The translations under genes and the position numbers were made by a program. This document shows, one piece after another, positions 41,349 to 58,675 of a stretch of 64,000 nucleotides of DNA. The number at the start of each line of letters is the position of its first letter. Within the stretch, counting starts at the first letter, position 1. Under the pieces are notes generated by a model. It made no database searches. It had not been told where the DNA came from and saw only the letters and a list, made by a program, of their open reading frames with translations. Source of the stretch: Bugula neritina (taxonomy: Eukaryota > Animalia > Bryozoa); assembly GCA_964035545.1 (NCBI GenBank), contig OZ037771.1:3855628-3919627 (forward strand), in the 5' to 3' direction.

Positions 41349-44300
41349 ATGATTGTTCAAAATAATGCTTTACCATTTTGCAGTCTACTTCTAAGTTTTT
41401 ATTTTCTTCTAAATGCAGGTTAGTACATTTATTTCATATGAATGAATTTTCATAGTCATGAGGAGTAAAATGATACAATAAATTGATATTGCCCTGCATG
41501 GTTGTGCAAATATAAGAAATGTACTGTAAAATATAGTGCTATATTACGAAGTAGCCTTAATGAATTTTAGAATATTTTATTTTTGTGATTTCATTTTTAT
41601 AATATAGTATAAAAGGTTACTGCATTTAAAAAGCACATGATACTACTGCTACGTCATTATTAATAACATGCAGTATAATTATTGAAGCATGGTATAGGGC
41701 TATAAGAGCTTCAATAGCCCTTCCTGATTATTACACAATATTATGTTATTATTATTATATATTATATTATTATTATACTATTTTTTTGCTCCCAAAATTA
41801 AAACTGTGGCTGTAATTGGTAAGGATGATTGTAATTTATTAGTAGCATTACTTTTATATTTTGTTTGTTAATTATCTGTAATTCATAAAATGGAAGTAAA
41901 GAAATGTTATGGTATGTTATGTCTGTAGTAACTGTCTTAAGTAAAAAGTTATAAAAAGTTATACGATACATATAAACTTCTACAACTTTTTTAAAAACAT
42001 AGAAACAATTAAATAAAGCTCAAAATATCAAAAAAAACTTACCATGCAATTGTGGACTGCTGGTTAAAAACTCTTATATCAGAAATTATAACATGAGATT
42101 TCTTTATATCTATATGCAATTCTTTAAATACAAGTATTTAATTTTATTTGAAATGTATAGGTAGATAGTTTGAGTTGAGTTATATAACAACTATAACACA
42201 GTGATCTATTTTTCTAGATGCAAGCACCCTGCAACTACCTGTTTACCACCAGCATGCAGATGTCACCAGGTTTCTATACCAGAAGAACTTGCCTGCCATG
42301 TCAGAGTTTACTGGTTGTCTATGGTTGTCTGCTGCAGTTTTGGTGCCCAACAGATATAACCATATTTTCAGCATTTCTAGACAACGTAAATCCAATTCAC
42401 ATGTGACATAAGTACATTACATGCATGATGTTATTGTCATTTACCAATCTTTCACCAGCAGAAAAAAAGAGAAAAGCATCAAAATAAAAATTAAAATATT
42501 TAAGAATATTTATTTCATATGAATAAAATTTCATAGTCATGAGAAGTAAAGTTATACAATAAATTGATATTGGTTGCATGGTTGTGCAAATATAAGAAAT
42601 ATACTGTAAAATATAGTGCTATTACATAGCCCTAATGCATTTTAGAATATTTTATTTTTGTGATTTTATTTTTATAATAATATAGTATGAAAGGTTATTG
42701 CATTTAAAAAGCACATGATGCTATTGCCACGTCATTATAAATAAAATTCATTATAATTACTGAAGCATGGTATAGGGCTAGAGCTTTAATAGCCTTTCCT
42801 GATTATTTGAGAATATATTGTAGTGTTGTGATTACCCAGTAGCCTCCATGGTGTAATGGTAGCACACTTGCTTGCAAGCCAGAGGACTCGGGTTCGATTC
42901 CCAGTGGTGGCAATTATTTTACATATATTATTTCCATCAGATACAGCAATAAGACTACACTGAGAAATAATTTCCATGTTACCTAGTTTCTGTGATCATT
43001 TACTTACCTGTTTTAATATTTCAGCTGTCTATTTGATCCTTTATTCTAATTCCTGATATATTAGTACATTATACACTAATCAAGTCTTACAAAGTGTAAT
43101 AATTAGCTTTATGTTTTACTGTTTTCTAAAACTGCTAATAGTCAAGTACAAAATACTGTTTGATTTGCAGCCAACAGTAGAAATGAGTTCCTAATTGGAT
43201 TTGTCACAACTTCAACTAATATCTGGATTGTTTATGATATACAACATTCTGCTCATAATGTTGTCCACTTAGCGTCAACTGATGAAGTTGAAGGCTTTTT
43301 CACAAGATGGAACAAGCATTGCTTTGTTTGGAAGGCTGGTTCTGAGTTATTTGTAAGTGCCTAAGCTGCATTATACTGCTGTAGAAAGTTTGTGGCGGCA
43401 GTGTTTAAATTACTTTTTATATTTAGAATTTTATTCTATGATTGAAACTTAAACATGAAATCTTAAAAAATCGTCTTTGATCAAAATTGTAATTTAAAAT
43501 TGTAATTTAGTAAATGCAAAGCATGCATCCTTAATTTGATATGCTATTAAAAGCTGATTGGTCACAACCAATAAATTTTCTTCTCATGCAGACTATGAAT
43601 TATTTACATAATCTAACAATTCAAAAGCTTATGCAATCTAGTTTTGCTGCTGGGCTAACGTAACACAAATGGTAGAATTCTTCTGGCCATATGCAACTGA
43701 AGAGTTCAAACTTAAGCTGAGACACTTCTTCTGCACGTTATTCCAACTAAACTGTGAATACTTAAGTTAGAAATTTATTTAAACTGCTCTACATGTGGAT
43801 AAGCTTATAGGTGAATGGCTGACCAATTTACAGCTATGCTGCTTAGTATGTGTGACGATTTGGTTGCCTTTTTAGTGGTATACAGATGTTACAGTTCAAG
43901 GTCAACTAGAACTTTTTAGATCAGTTGCAATCTCTAGTAACTCGACCATCCGTGAAGGTGGAGCCTTGATAATGATGAATGACCAAGATGATTATTGTAA
44001 GTTATTACTTACCGAAAGATGTAAATGTATATATAAGAGTTATCACTACCTTCCAGATTCAATCAATGGCAACAGTGTCATTTTGATGAAACTACAACTC
44101 CTTAGATAATTCATTTGATTGGCCATTTACTAATAATATGGGAACATAATAGTTCAATGGCATATCTTTATTTATTTTTCACTGTATGCATCATATATAG
44201 TGCATGTTAATGATTACAAAGCTTTTAAAAATTCTCAAGATTCATAAAAAAACTGTCTCTGCAAAAAGTTTTTACAGTACAAAGTATTTCATTTGCGCTT

Positions 44301-45355
44301 TTAGTTGGAGGATTGGACGTGAACCAAATTATGCGCGGAAAGATCGCCTGGGTTAACATCTGGGACCGTGTTTTGAGTGAAGAGGAACTGGAGGAGTTGA
44401 GATGTAGAGATCAAGGGAATATTGTAAACTGGGAGACTCTAGAAGTCATGGAAGATGCAGAATTCTACTCTGAATACTTTCCCTGTAAAGGTCAGTCAGC
44501 CGAGGAAAGGTCAGCTAGTAATCTGGGTAGATGCACTAATTATACAACATGAAATTATGAGAGTTGAATAAAACTAACATGAGGGAAAGTGAAATGTTAT
44601 CTAGACTGGTAGCTGCGTGCAGAAAAACAACAAAACTTAACAAGAAAAGGAATTGAGTAAAAAAAACAGTGCATATTTTCAATTTAAACTGTTGACTAAA
44701 ATTTATTCATTTCTCAAAAGTCAGTATGTTGACATGCTGTAGAACTAGAACTGTAGAGTTGTTGAATGTGCATGCATTTGTGTATCTGAAAAAAAGAAAA
44801 TTTTTATTTTTACAGCATTTTTATTATTATTTTTTTATTTTAGCAAATGATTATTAAAAGTTTTTAAAGCTATATTTGATATAAATTGAAGTTATGTGTT
44901 TCTTGAGTGGTTTTTAGAGCATACAGTTTGAAACATTACCACACTTCAGGGGCTGTTTTAAACTCTCTCTTTGAACAGTCAGTAAGTAAGTTCAAGAACT
45001 GAGTCTATCATACAAACTGCTGAATCACATTCAATGCTAAATCATTTTATTACCAGATAGTGAACTGGAGCCGACAGTTAAAGTACACGAGCCACGCAAC
45101 CAGCAAATGATCTTCTGCAAGATTCCTGAATTCCGATTGGTCAACCATGTCCAATCGACAATATCAGTGGTGTCTTCAACTGCGTGTATTACAAGGTGTG
45201 TCAAAGACATAAACTGCTACTCAGTAAACTACCAGGTGTCAACAGGTGTTTGTGAAATCAATGATGCCACAGATCTAGAATATGGAGAAGATCTAGTTAC
45301 AGGAAATGATGTCATTGGGTTTGAACACTTCACTTCGAGAGAATGTAATGGTTGA
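41349..45355 (+). CDS. Secreted pentraxin + PAN/apple domain protein, paralogue 1 (~341 aa)
   Basis: Exons 41349-41418 (signal-like MIVQNNALPFCSLLLSFYFLLNA), 42218-42385 (MSEFTGCLW..IFSIS), 43171-43352 (RNEFLIG..WNKHCFVW), 43876-43996 (GGALIMMNDQD), 44305-44490 (GKIAWVNIWDRVLSEEEL..GNIVNW), 45057-45355 (PAN-like CITRCVKDINCYSVNY..CEIN). All phases are consistent. Confidence 0.85.
41431..42806. repeat. ~300-bp direct repeat pair (41431-41731 and 42512-42806) flanking exon 2 of paralogue 1
   Basis: Both copies read ATTTCATATGAAT..TTTCATAGTCATGAG..TGCATGGTTGTGCAAATATAAGAAAT..TGAAGCATGGTATAGGGCTA..TTCCTGATTATT. Confidence 0.9.
42842..42912 (+). pseudogene. tRNA-like element (tRNA pseudogene or repeat-borne tRNA head)
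   Basis: Folds as a cloverleaf: acceptor GCCTCCA/TGGTGGC, D arm GTGT-AATGGTA-GCAC, T arm with GGTTCGATTCC. It has mismatches in three stems and a 6-nt anticodon loop (TTGCAA), so it is unlikely to be a functional tRNA. Confidence 0.7.
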
Positions 45356-46688
45356 TTTAACTTAGCTGTGCCAGTTTTTCTAAATAGCACAAATTTAGAT
45401 GCATGGATTGTTTGTGTTTACTTGCATGTAATGCAAGAATATTTAGTGACAATTTTTTTGTTAGGTTTAATTATTATAAAAGATTGCAAATCCTATTTTA
45501 AAAAAAACATGTGTTGTGTTTTTAAAGTGTATACATAAAAAAATGTAATTTTTCATTAATATAAACATGCTAATCACTTGTTTAAAAAAATACAATATGT
45601 ATATTATTAGCTCACCTACACTATATATTCTGCATTGAAACTCTGACTGCACAGCTTGGCAATGCAAAGTGGATAAAACAAGTATCTTTTAACTAAAGCA
45701 GTTGAGGGACACATTTCGAAGTCGTTATATTTAAATATTTTCCACAATGTAAATATGACTATTCAATAGACCTATATTTTGGGTACAGAGAAAAAAATTG
45801 TTTTAAATGAAAAATTAGTTCCATTTAAGTGCATAATAATTGGGAAAAAACTTGAAGTTTCTTAAAAGATTTCGCTATCTAAAGTACGTATTGTAATATA
45901 ATACAGTGCAATATAATATAACATAATATAATATAATATAATATAATATAATTATAATAAATTTAATGAAACAAATTTTGCAAATTGTTATAGCATCTTG
46001 CATATTAATAATACAATGGTTTTAAAAGCCAATATGTTTTTAAATATAGTATGTCTACATTAACTTTTGTACAATTGGAAATACAGATTTTCTTCTCAAC
46101 ATGTATTTTAATTTTATCTTTACAAGTTCAATAAACTCTCAGACCATTGCTATATTAGCTAATTGCTAACTGCAAGTTAAAAGAAATCTCTTATATTTAT
46201 AGGCAATGAATATTTATACAATTCTGATAAAGAATTTATAAAATGATTTTGTATAATACAATTTGTAAGTTTAAACCAATAGTATATAATTATCATTTAA
46301 CAAAATATTGGCAGTTTTTAAAATGATATTTTAATTGATTTTGTTACAGTTATCTGCAGTTCAATTTAGATAAAATATTATGCACAGTGCTTGGTAACTA
46401 ATTCAACACTAGAAGTTGCTAGGAGAATAAAATAAGGAAGTTTGGTGTTTGTATACTGCACAGTTACACAAACACCAGAATAAACATGCAGTACTTTCAT
46501 CCCTTTGTGTAACAAAATTAAATTTAAAAGTATCAGAAATCAGTTTCATGTTTCTGTTGATATCTGAACAAAAAACATGTCAAAAATCATTACAGCTTAA
46601 AATCTAAAGTACAAGTGTTAAATATCCAAAATTTAGATGTTTCAAGGCTTTCACGTAATGAGATTGTGAGAGTGTATTTTAATGAATA

Positions 46689-49600
46689 ATGGCGAACAAG
46701 TATGCTAATTTGATGATTATATGTTTCATGATAATCTCAATAAAATCAGGTGAGTAAAACAAAAATCTATTCTGCTAAGAATTGCAAAGTTACGTTTTTA
46801 TAAAACTGAAAGATAATATGACTATAAACTAAGTCTAGTAAAACTAATACCGTAACTTATAAATATTTAGAATATAATCCAATATTTACTGATAAATTAT
46901 ATTACATACAGTGTGCTATAATTGTTATTTATTTGTTATAAGGGGTGCTGATGAAATTATATTTGTGTACTAAATAAATTAAAAAGAGAAAGTACAAAAG
47001 CTACATTTATTTTTAATGTAATACCTTAAAAAAATAAACTCAGATACATTGTCTTATACTTCAGTTAAAATTTTTTGGATATTTTAATTTATTTTAAAGA
47101 CCTTCGGTTGCTAATTGTTTTTATGTAATATCACTAAAGATTCTGAGTGTATAACTTTTATTATATTTATATCAAAAAGATACAATTCATAGTACTATAT
47201 AGATAAAAATTGTCTTCCAAACTCAATACAGAAGAGTATATAATATTCTAATTATAACTTTTTGGGAATTTTGGTTTTTCTAAATTGTATAAAATATATT
47301 TTTAGCATAGTTTGAAAAAATAATTAATTTTCTTTTTAGCAAGCCAAGCATCACATATTTTACATAAAACTTTTTTCTAATACTTATAAAAGTCAGATTA
47401 TAAAACTAATATAATAATATAATTCAGTATAATATCATGTACAATGCAATGTAATTATTATAATATGGTGTATGATGTCGGAATGCAATGCAATAATATG
47501 CATTGTAGTATATTGAAAAGCAACATAATGCAATGTGATAAATGCAATGTGTTGTAATGTAATATAATGTAATGTAATATAACGCAGGATAATGCAATAG
47601 GCTATAGTATAATGAAATTTAATATATAATGAAATGTAATAGGACGTAGTACAATTCGATGTAGTATATAATGAATTGTAGCATAACGCACTATAATACA
47701 ATGAAATATAACACAATGCAATATATTACATACAATTATTACATAATTATATAGTTGCAGGCTTGGCAGAGTCTAAACTGCCTGTCTATCATCAACAACG
47801 AACAGATTCAAAGTTTCTTTACCAAAAGAACCTGCCGCCTCTTTCTGAACTCACCTTCTGCTTCTGGTACTCATCTGGGTACCACAGACCTAACACTACT
47901 GAGCATTTTGTGAGCATTTCTACTGAATGTAAGTAACCCTCTACTAGTCAGTGAAAATAACAATTCTATGGTTATATAGTTTGCGTGGTGTTGCGATGTC
48001 CCAGTCGCCCCCTATAATGTAATGTTTAGCACCCTGGCTTGTAAGTCTGAAAACTGGGGTTTAATTTTGTGGAGGCAGAAAGTTTTACAGCTTGCTTTAT
48101 GTATAGGTGTCAAAGAAGTAGGCTTATAAATAAGCTTTTTACTGTGCCAATAGGTCAATTGAACTAGTGAAGTTGTTTGTTTGTTTGTTTTTATTTTGTC
48201 ATAGTCGGGGGAAAAAATTAATTGAGAAAAAAAAAAAAATAAACAAAATGACAGGGCCTATGGCGCAATAGCACTGTAGCTAGTGGTTTACATGTAGTTT
48301 TGAAAACCTAAAGGATCAACATATAGACTATAGTTTAGTAGAAATTTCAAGGTTTTTAGTTTTGTAGGAAGTAATTGTTAGTTTTTTTATGCTGAAATTT
48401 AGGCTACAATCTGCTAATCGGCCAATCTGGGGTGGCCTATGCAAAAATTGTACACAATGACCCTCAACTTTGTGCTGCTTCTAGCGATTCCTTAGATATG
48501 CATGTATAACTTATAGAACTGGTGATATAGCAGATTATATTTCATGTTATGCCTATGCTGTTTTCTTAGTTCTCATTTACATCTATTAATTATTATTTAT
48601 AACCATCAATTTTATTATTTTAATTGATTATTTAGTTATTGATGATCAAGTAACATTATTTGTGGCACTTAAAACGACCATTTTGTATGAAATAAGTTGA
48701 TGCATTCATTACAATGAAATATTATTGTAGACCATGACAATGAGTTAATCTTAGGAGTTAGTTATGATAGTGGTGGAGGGTCTCTCTATATCCTTCTCTA
48801 TCTCCAAGGAACTGGGTACTTGTTTTTTCCATTTCCAAAGGAGGATTACTTTGATGTGTTTGTGATTCGCCATCAACACTGCTTTACTTACACTCCGGGA
48901 ATATTTTCCGTGAGTTTTAAGCAGCTTTGTCATCAAATTGTAGTTACTTTTAAAAAGAAAATCGTGTGCCTGTAACTGCCAGTTTTGAGCATAATTTATG
49001 TCATTACTTATAATACTGAGAAAAGCCTGCAATGGTGGCGGTAATAATAAAACACATTACTTTTGTGAAATCTTGTTTCTTCTAAAATATAAAATAGCTG
49101 TTCCGCTTCCACAAGTGAAAGGATAGAGTTTCTAAATAGAATATCAAGCTGTGTGTTGTCAAAATTCAGTTACACTTAGCTTATACATCAATAGACCACA
49201 CTAAGCCTAGTTAACAGTTATACTGGGTTCTTCGCAAAACTCAATTTTGAAGACTCACACGCTTCATAGTATTTTATTGATATGTTTGTAAATATTAATT
49301 GTGTAACACAAATCTTTATACCACATTTACTGAGTTTTAAATCTTGCATAGTAATACGTACCATAGCTCGTATTCAATTTATAAAAAATGTCACTGTCAT
49401 CCACTATACGTATTATAAAAATTATAGCACAATTAAATTGATGTTTTCTAAGAAATAAAATACAACTTTGCTGTTGAAAGCTTAGGTTTTGGAGCTAAAA
49501 ATGTACCTTTATTTAGCATATTACAGTTACAAAAAATAGATAAAACAACTCCAAGAGTGGTAGCTCCATTATTTTATGCTATACTCATGTAACACGCTAA

Positions 49601-51071
49601 TATTGTAGTGGTACACGGATACAAATAAGCCTGGACAGCTTCAATTACGAGGAACACATCAAGCTGCATATGTAAGTGCAACTGTTAGAGGAAACGGAGC
49701 TTTAATACTCATGCATGACCAAGATGACTTCTGTAGGTGCCTCAGGCTTTGTTTCATTTCGTTAATAATTATTTTACGAAAACCAATGGTGAAAGGTGAA
49801 AAAGGACCAATGGTGACCAATGGTGACCAATGGTTTGTAGACTAATTAAAAGCATCAAACTAAACTATATATTTGAAATTCATTATTTAAATTTTTTTTC
49901 AAATTTAGCTTAGAGAAAAAAAGTCCGGTAGCCAAGTGATGTTGCAACATTTGAGTGGAACTGCTAGTGCAGTTACCACTAGTAATGTTTGTGGAAACTT
50001 GTTTGAAAACGATCTGTACACTAAGAAGACCATAAATGCTCTCATGCGCTCACGCAAGTTTATAGTTGCCATCCCTGTAAGAAAACCCCTGATGGAAGGG
50101 TTCTTTATTAAATCGGGCTAAGGACTTATTTAGACGGGACACAAGAGCAATTATGGCTGGATGTTCTTTCTAACATCACCAATGGCCTTTGTCTGGGCTG
50201 GAACCCATGACTTCGTGTTTACTAGGCAAACGCTCTAACCCCTAGACCACGTCGGCTCCCAAGAAGATCATAAATACAAGCTTTGATAAAATTAAAAAAA
50301 ATTTAAACTTTTTCTTTACAAAATATTTATCTCCATTGTATTTTTCTGTAGAAAATAAACATGGCTATAGGCTTGTCTTTAAAAGTTGTGCTTTTGCTCT
50401 TTCAAAGTTGGAGGCTTAGATACAGAGCAGATGAGTACAGGGAAAATAAGCTGGGTAAACCTGTGGGATCGAGCATTAACCAATCAGGAGTTAGAAAGTC
50501 TTGACTGCAGGGCTAGTGGGAATGTTGTCAATTGGAATACATTACAGCACATGGGGAATATTTTCTTCTTCTATGAGGATTTTCCGTGTATAGGTAATAT
50601 GTTGCAATATTTTAAATAAAAGTTTAAAACTGTGAGTCATGACAGAGTTTGTCAAATTATATAATATTGACTATTGGTACCACATAATATAGTAATAGCA
50701 TTGCAGCAATCATTCCACAATATGATAGAATACAACTTTTATTATACATAAAATATTCTTCTTTTATAGATGGCGGTCCAAAATTAATAGAAAAGAGTTT
50801 TGAAGTCAAACGACAAATCATGATGCTGTGTAAACTTGTTGACAGCCGGTTGGTCAACCACATCCAATCAACGGCCTCCGTGTCATCATCTATTGAGTGT
50901 GTTAAGAAATGTGTCAAACTAATGAATTGCTACTCAGTAAACTATCAGGTGTCAGCAGGTGTTTGTGAATTAAATGATGTCACAGATGTAGAATATGGGG
51001 AAGATCTAGTTACAGGAAGTGATGTCATTGGGTTTGAACACTTCACTTCGAGAGAATGTAATGGTTTCTAA
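46689..51071 (+). CDS. Secreted pentraxin + PAN/apple domain protein, paralogue 2
   Basis: Exons 46689-46749 (MANKYANLMIICFMIISIKS), 47755/47761-47928 (LSELTFCFW), 48731-48909 (HDNELILG..HQHCFTY), 49609-49732 (GALILMHDQD), 50408-50593 (GKISWVNLWDRAL), 50770-51071 (PAN-like). Same intron phases as paralogues 1 and 3. Confidence 0.85.
48007..48077 (+). pseudogene. Degenerate second copy of the tRNA-like element
   Basis: GCCCCCTATAATGTAATGTTTAGCACCCTGGCTTGTAAGTCTGAAAACTGGGGTTTAATTTTGTGGAGGCA aligns with 42842-42912 and shares the upstream GTGTTG.GAT..CCCAGT flank. Confidence 0.55.
50038..50260 (-). mobile_element. tRNA-derived SINE, copy 2, with target-site duplication
   Basis: The reverse complement begins GGGAGCCGACGTGGTCTAGGGGTTAGAGCG and matches 36424-36631. 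It is flanked by a 15-bp direct repeat AAGAAGA(C/T)CATAAAT at 50023-50037 and 50261-50275. Confidence 0.85.
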
Positions 51072-52120
51072 ATAAAATAACCGTATTAAAAATAACTTAC
51101 AATTTAGCTTTAAAGCAGACAATGGTATATAGGCCTTTAAAGAACAAACGGTTTGTCTTAATTATACTTTCTAAATTTGCTTGTTTTTCTTGGGGTAAAA
51201 AAGTGTTGAAAAAAATAAAACATTAATTATTTGCTTTTAATATAAATGTATATGGTGAAAAGATAATACATTGAATAGTTGATTAGGCAAGTACACTGTG
51301 TTATTGATCATTGTTTATTGAAACCATTTTCACAAGTAAAATTAATAATTTTATTAATCATATTGGCCGGCAGTGAATATGGAATCAAAGTAATAAATGG
51401 GTTCATGGAAATTTTAAAAAATGGTAAATTTATAAAATACATCTAGTTGAACTCATAAAAATTGTTCTGATACAGAATGAAAATATAAAGATAAAAGTGC
51501 TATTTTGTTTCTTTGCATGGCTAAATTTCGAATTTTTTATCTCTATATAAATTTCCCATAATCAGTATAATCAAGATAAGATTGTGTGTAGTCATGTGAT
51601 CATTCAAATCACTTGCATATTTCATATTGCACTCCATCATGTTTTTCTAAATTGTACTTTTTTGTCAGTATATATATATATAATTTATGTATATATAATA
51701 TATGTGTGTGTATAGAATACATAATATGTATACAATATCCCACTACTCAAACAGGACAAATCGGATATAGGTGGAGAGAGCACTGGGAGAGAGGTGTATA
51801 CAATATATTATGTGTAGCTTATAATATATTGTATATAAAATATAATATACAATATGTACAAAATATTTGTATATAATATATATGTATACAATATATATAA
51901 TCTATATGTGTATATAATAAAAATATAATTACATATAAGTGTCAACTTAATTAAGCATTACATCACATCATGGATTTGGCTTAATATTTTTAACAAATTA
52001 AGTTGAGTGTGAAAGTTTCAACATTTTCTGCAACAAGATAGGTTCAACAGTTCTCATTATAACTTTTATGAAATACAATACTATTGATGTTTATTGGAAA
52101 GTGTGGCATTTATGCTAAAC

Positions 52121-52303
52121 CAGCAGCTTATTTAACATTAATATATCTGAAAATCAGGGAAATTGCATTGATTGAATAAAGCAAATAATTGTTAGGCTAA
52201 AAGTCTCAATAGGATATTATCCTATTGAGATTTTTAGCCTAACAATTATTCAATCAATGCAATTTCCTGATTCTCTGATATATTAATGTTAAATAAGCTG
52301 CTG
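52121..52303. repeat. Near-perfect ~183-bp palindrome (possible MITE/foldback)
   Basis: Left arm CAGCAGCTTATTTAACATTAATATATC..AATTGTTAGGCTAAAAGTCTCAATAGGATA, right arm TATCCTATTGAGATTTTTAGCCTAACAATT..GATATATTAATGTTAAATAAGCTGCTG. Essentially no spacer; one ~10-nt bulge. Confidence 0.92.
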
Positions 52304-52494
52304 ATTTCACATATTATATTAGCAATTGCAATATTATTGAAATCCGTGCTATTTAAAAGATAGTCAACAAATATGAAGAGCTAAATGGTCAAACAAACAA
52401 ATGTATTAGTTAAATATACAATAACATATTCGTATAAAGTATAGCATAGTTGCATTTGCTGTTTTAGCTCTTATAGCTGCAATGAAACGACAGA

Positions 52495-56267
<3,773 letters not shown>

Positions 56268-57174
56268 TTAGAAAAAAAAGTTCTTTTTCGTAACTATGAT
56301 GAGTCATTGCACATCTAATTATTATATTATATTATATTATATTATATTATATTATAATTATATTATAAATTGTGCAAAGCCTTTCTTTCATAATATGAAG
56401 TATAAAATTTTTGTTATTTTTTGTTGTTTCTAAAGTTGACATGTTGATATGGGGAGCACCCATTTAGTGAGATTGGTCTTACAATATTATGAAGCAATAT
56501 TTATGTAAAGCTTATTTGAAAAATCATATAAGATTAACAAACACTGTATAAAAAAATATTATATGTGCATTAAATGAAAAATATTATTCTGTAATAAACA
56601 ACTTTAAATTGATTGAAAGATGTTATTTAGAAGCTTATAAAAATATTTATGCTACATTGAAAACCTTCTTAAGTGGGTGGCAAAAAGAAAAGGTTTTTGT
56701 AAATCAATGTTTGTAAGGATTTGCAAAATGCCACTTTGCTTTTGAACAACTGATTTTTTTTGTGATTCTCACACAACTATTACTTGGTAAAAGGAAAACA
56801 AGACGTACGTATGGGTATTATATACCACAACACTGTATTAAATATGCATGCATATATAAATTGTATATTATGCAACTAAATAGTTTAATATATAATGTAT
56901 TAATATAATAATATATTATATATATCACATACATATGTTTCCTGTATAATGTGCTTCATAATAGTTTACACAGTTTCCTACTTTGTAGAATAAAATATAC
57001 ATTTTTTAACATTTTTATTAATTATCTGATTGTTATTTATATAATAGTAATCTTTTTTAAAGATATGGTGCATTTCTACTACTAATACTTTATACTAATA
57101 TTTTATTCTTCATTTGACATGCCAGGATTAAAGTTAACAAAAGTGATAGCTATAAATTGGCTTTAGCCGTTAAT

Positions 57175-57420
57175 GGTGTGAGAGAGAATAGTGGAGTTAT
57201 TCTCTCTCATTGGACCTGCGCGAACATACTGTCAAGTATGCGAGGATGCACGTGTCGCGGCACAATGCGTAAACAAAGTAGCTCCACCCCCGTGCAGCTT
57301 TAGCTCCACCTCCGTGCAGCTTTAGCTCCACTCCGTGCAGCTTTAGCTCCACCCCCGTGCAGATTTAGCTCCACCTTTTATACAGGTCGACCCAGAACTG
57401 ACCTCCAATTGTGCCGTAGC
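57175..57420 (+). promoter_or_regulatory. Putative calpain promoter region with a 22-nt tandem repeat (57279-57375)
   Basis: CpG-rich patch in very AT-rich DNA, ~1.3 kb upstream of the calpain ATG. About 4.5 copies of TAGCTCCACCCCCGTGCAGCTT, an E-box CACGTG at 57249, and a small hairpin TGAGAGAGAATA..TATTCTCTCTCA at 57179-57209. Confidence 0.4.
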
Positions 57421-58675
57421 TAGTGATTTCCTGCAACAAGAGTGGCAGTAATGAGTTATAACCCGTCTTTACAGAGCTTTAGTTGAAGTTACAGTAGGTT
57501 TACCATAGAATATCAATTTAAATAATTAATCATTAATGCTTGCATAGACTTTACTGTTCACAAATACTGTTGATTGTATTATGTTTCGACATTTAATTAT
57601 TATTGTGATACTGATGAATGATAATCATTGACATTATGATTATTTAATTTTATATTTTATTCTTTATAATTATGAAAACTAATATTTTTAATTTTATAAA
57701 CGAATCATTATGATTGTGATTATTTACAGTTATAAATACAATTATTTTTTTAGCTGTTGTCTTTAACTATAATAATGATAATGGTTTATTCTTATACCTG
57801 ACACCCTTGAATTGGTTAATGTTCAACATTCAAATTTTAGTTTGTGATTATTAATCATCATTATGATCATCATATCAATATGATAATGAGTCATACTATT
57901 GCTTTTTTCAATTTACCCGTTGAGTCTCTAAAACAACTAACATCTAAGAATGAATATTAATTAATTTTGGTTTGTTGAATAATGACCAGTTGAATATTGA
58001 CTGAGCATTCAATATTGCTAATAAAAGGAGTGCATTTTATTCATTACTTGATTATAATAGCTCTAGACTTACACTTGGTCAGCTTTTGGATGTTTTAAGT
58101 TTGTATCAACCTTGTCTTTCATTTATGAATACTATAAAATAGTGGTCCTGGTGCCAAATGAATACGATAGACATTAAATATCCATACTTGCATTGATTGT
58201 GGTTTCATTTTGAATTTTCATGCAGTAAAGCCTTGAAATATATAATTCAAGACCCTGTAGAGTCAAGATTAAGATCTGACTCTATAGAAAATGATCATTC
58301 ACATAGAATTATTTCAGCTTTTAATTATGCACACAATTATTACCTAAACTTAAACTGGTAACTAATTTTCAACTCATTTAAAAATAAACTAATATATTTG
58401 GTAAACTTGGGTCTTAAGCTAATCCAACAACATTAATAACATGTGTTATCAAATTATGGATAATTAATAAGCTGATAGCATTTTCGCACGTAGTAATTGT
58501 CACACTCAGTTACAAAATCTGTACAGTTTGAATTATTGGTGTAAATGTTGATTATAAGGTTTGGAAGGGTTATATGAAACTCTACTAAGATGCATATGTC
58601 TGTAGCACACTTTACTCCTGAAAAGTGTAATTTAATTGTAGTGCTAATGTATGGTCCAGGGTGATTCTAGCTATT

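Noticed and set aside
42842-42912. Functional tRNA gene (Ala or Cys)
   Set aside because: 6-nt anticodon loop and mismatches in the acceptor, anticodon and T stems; retained only as a tRNA-like element.
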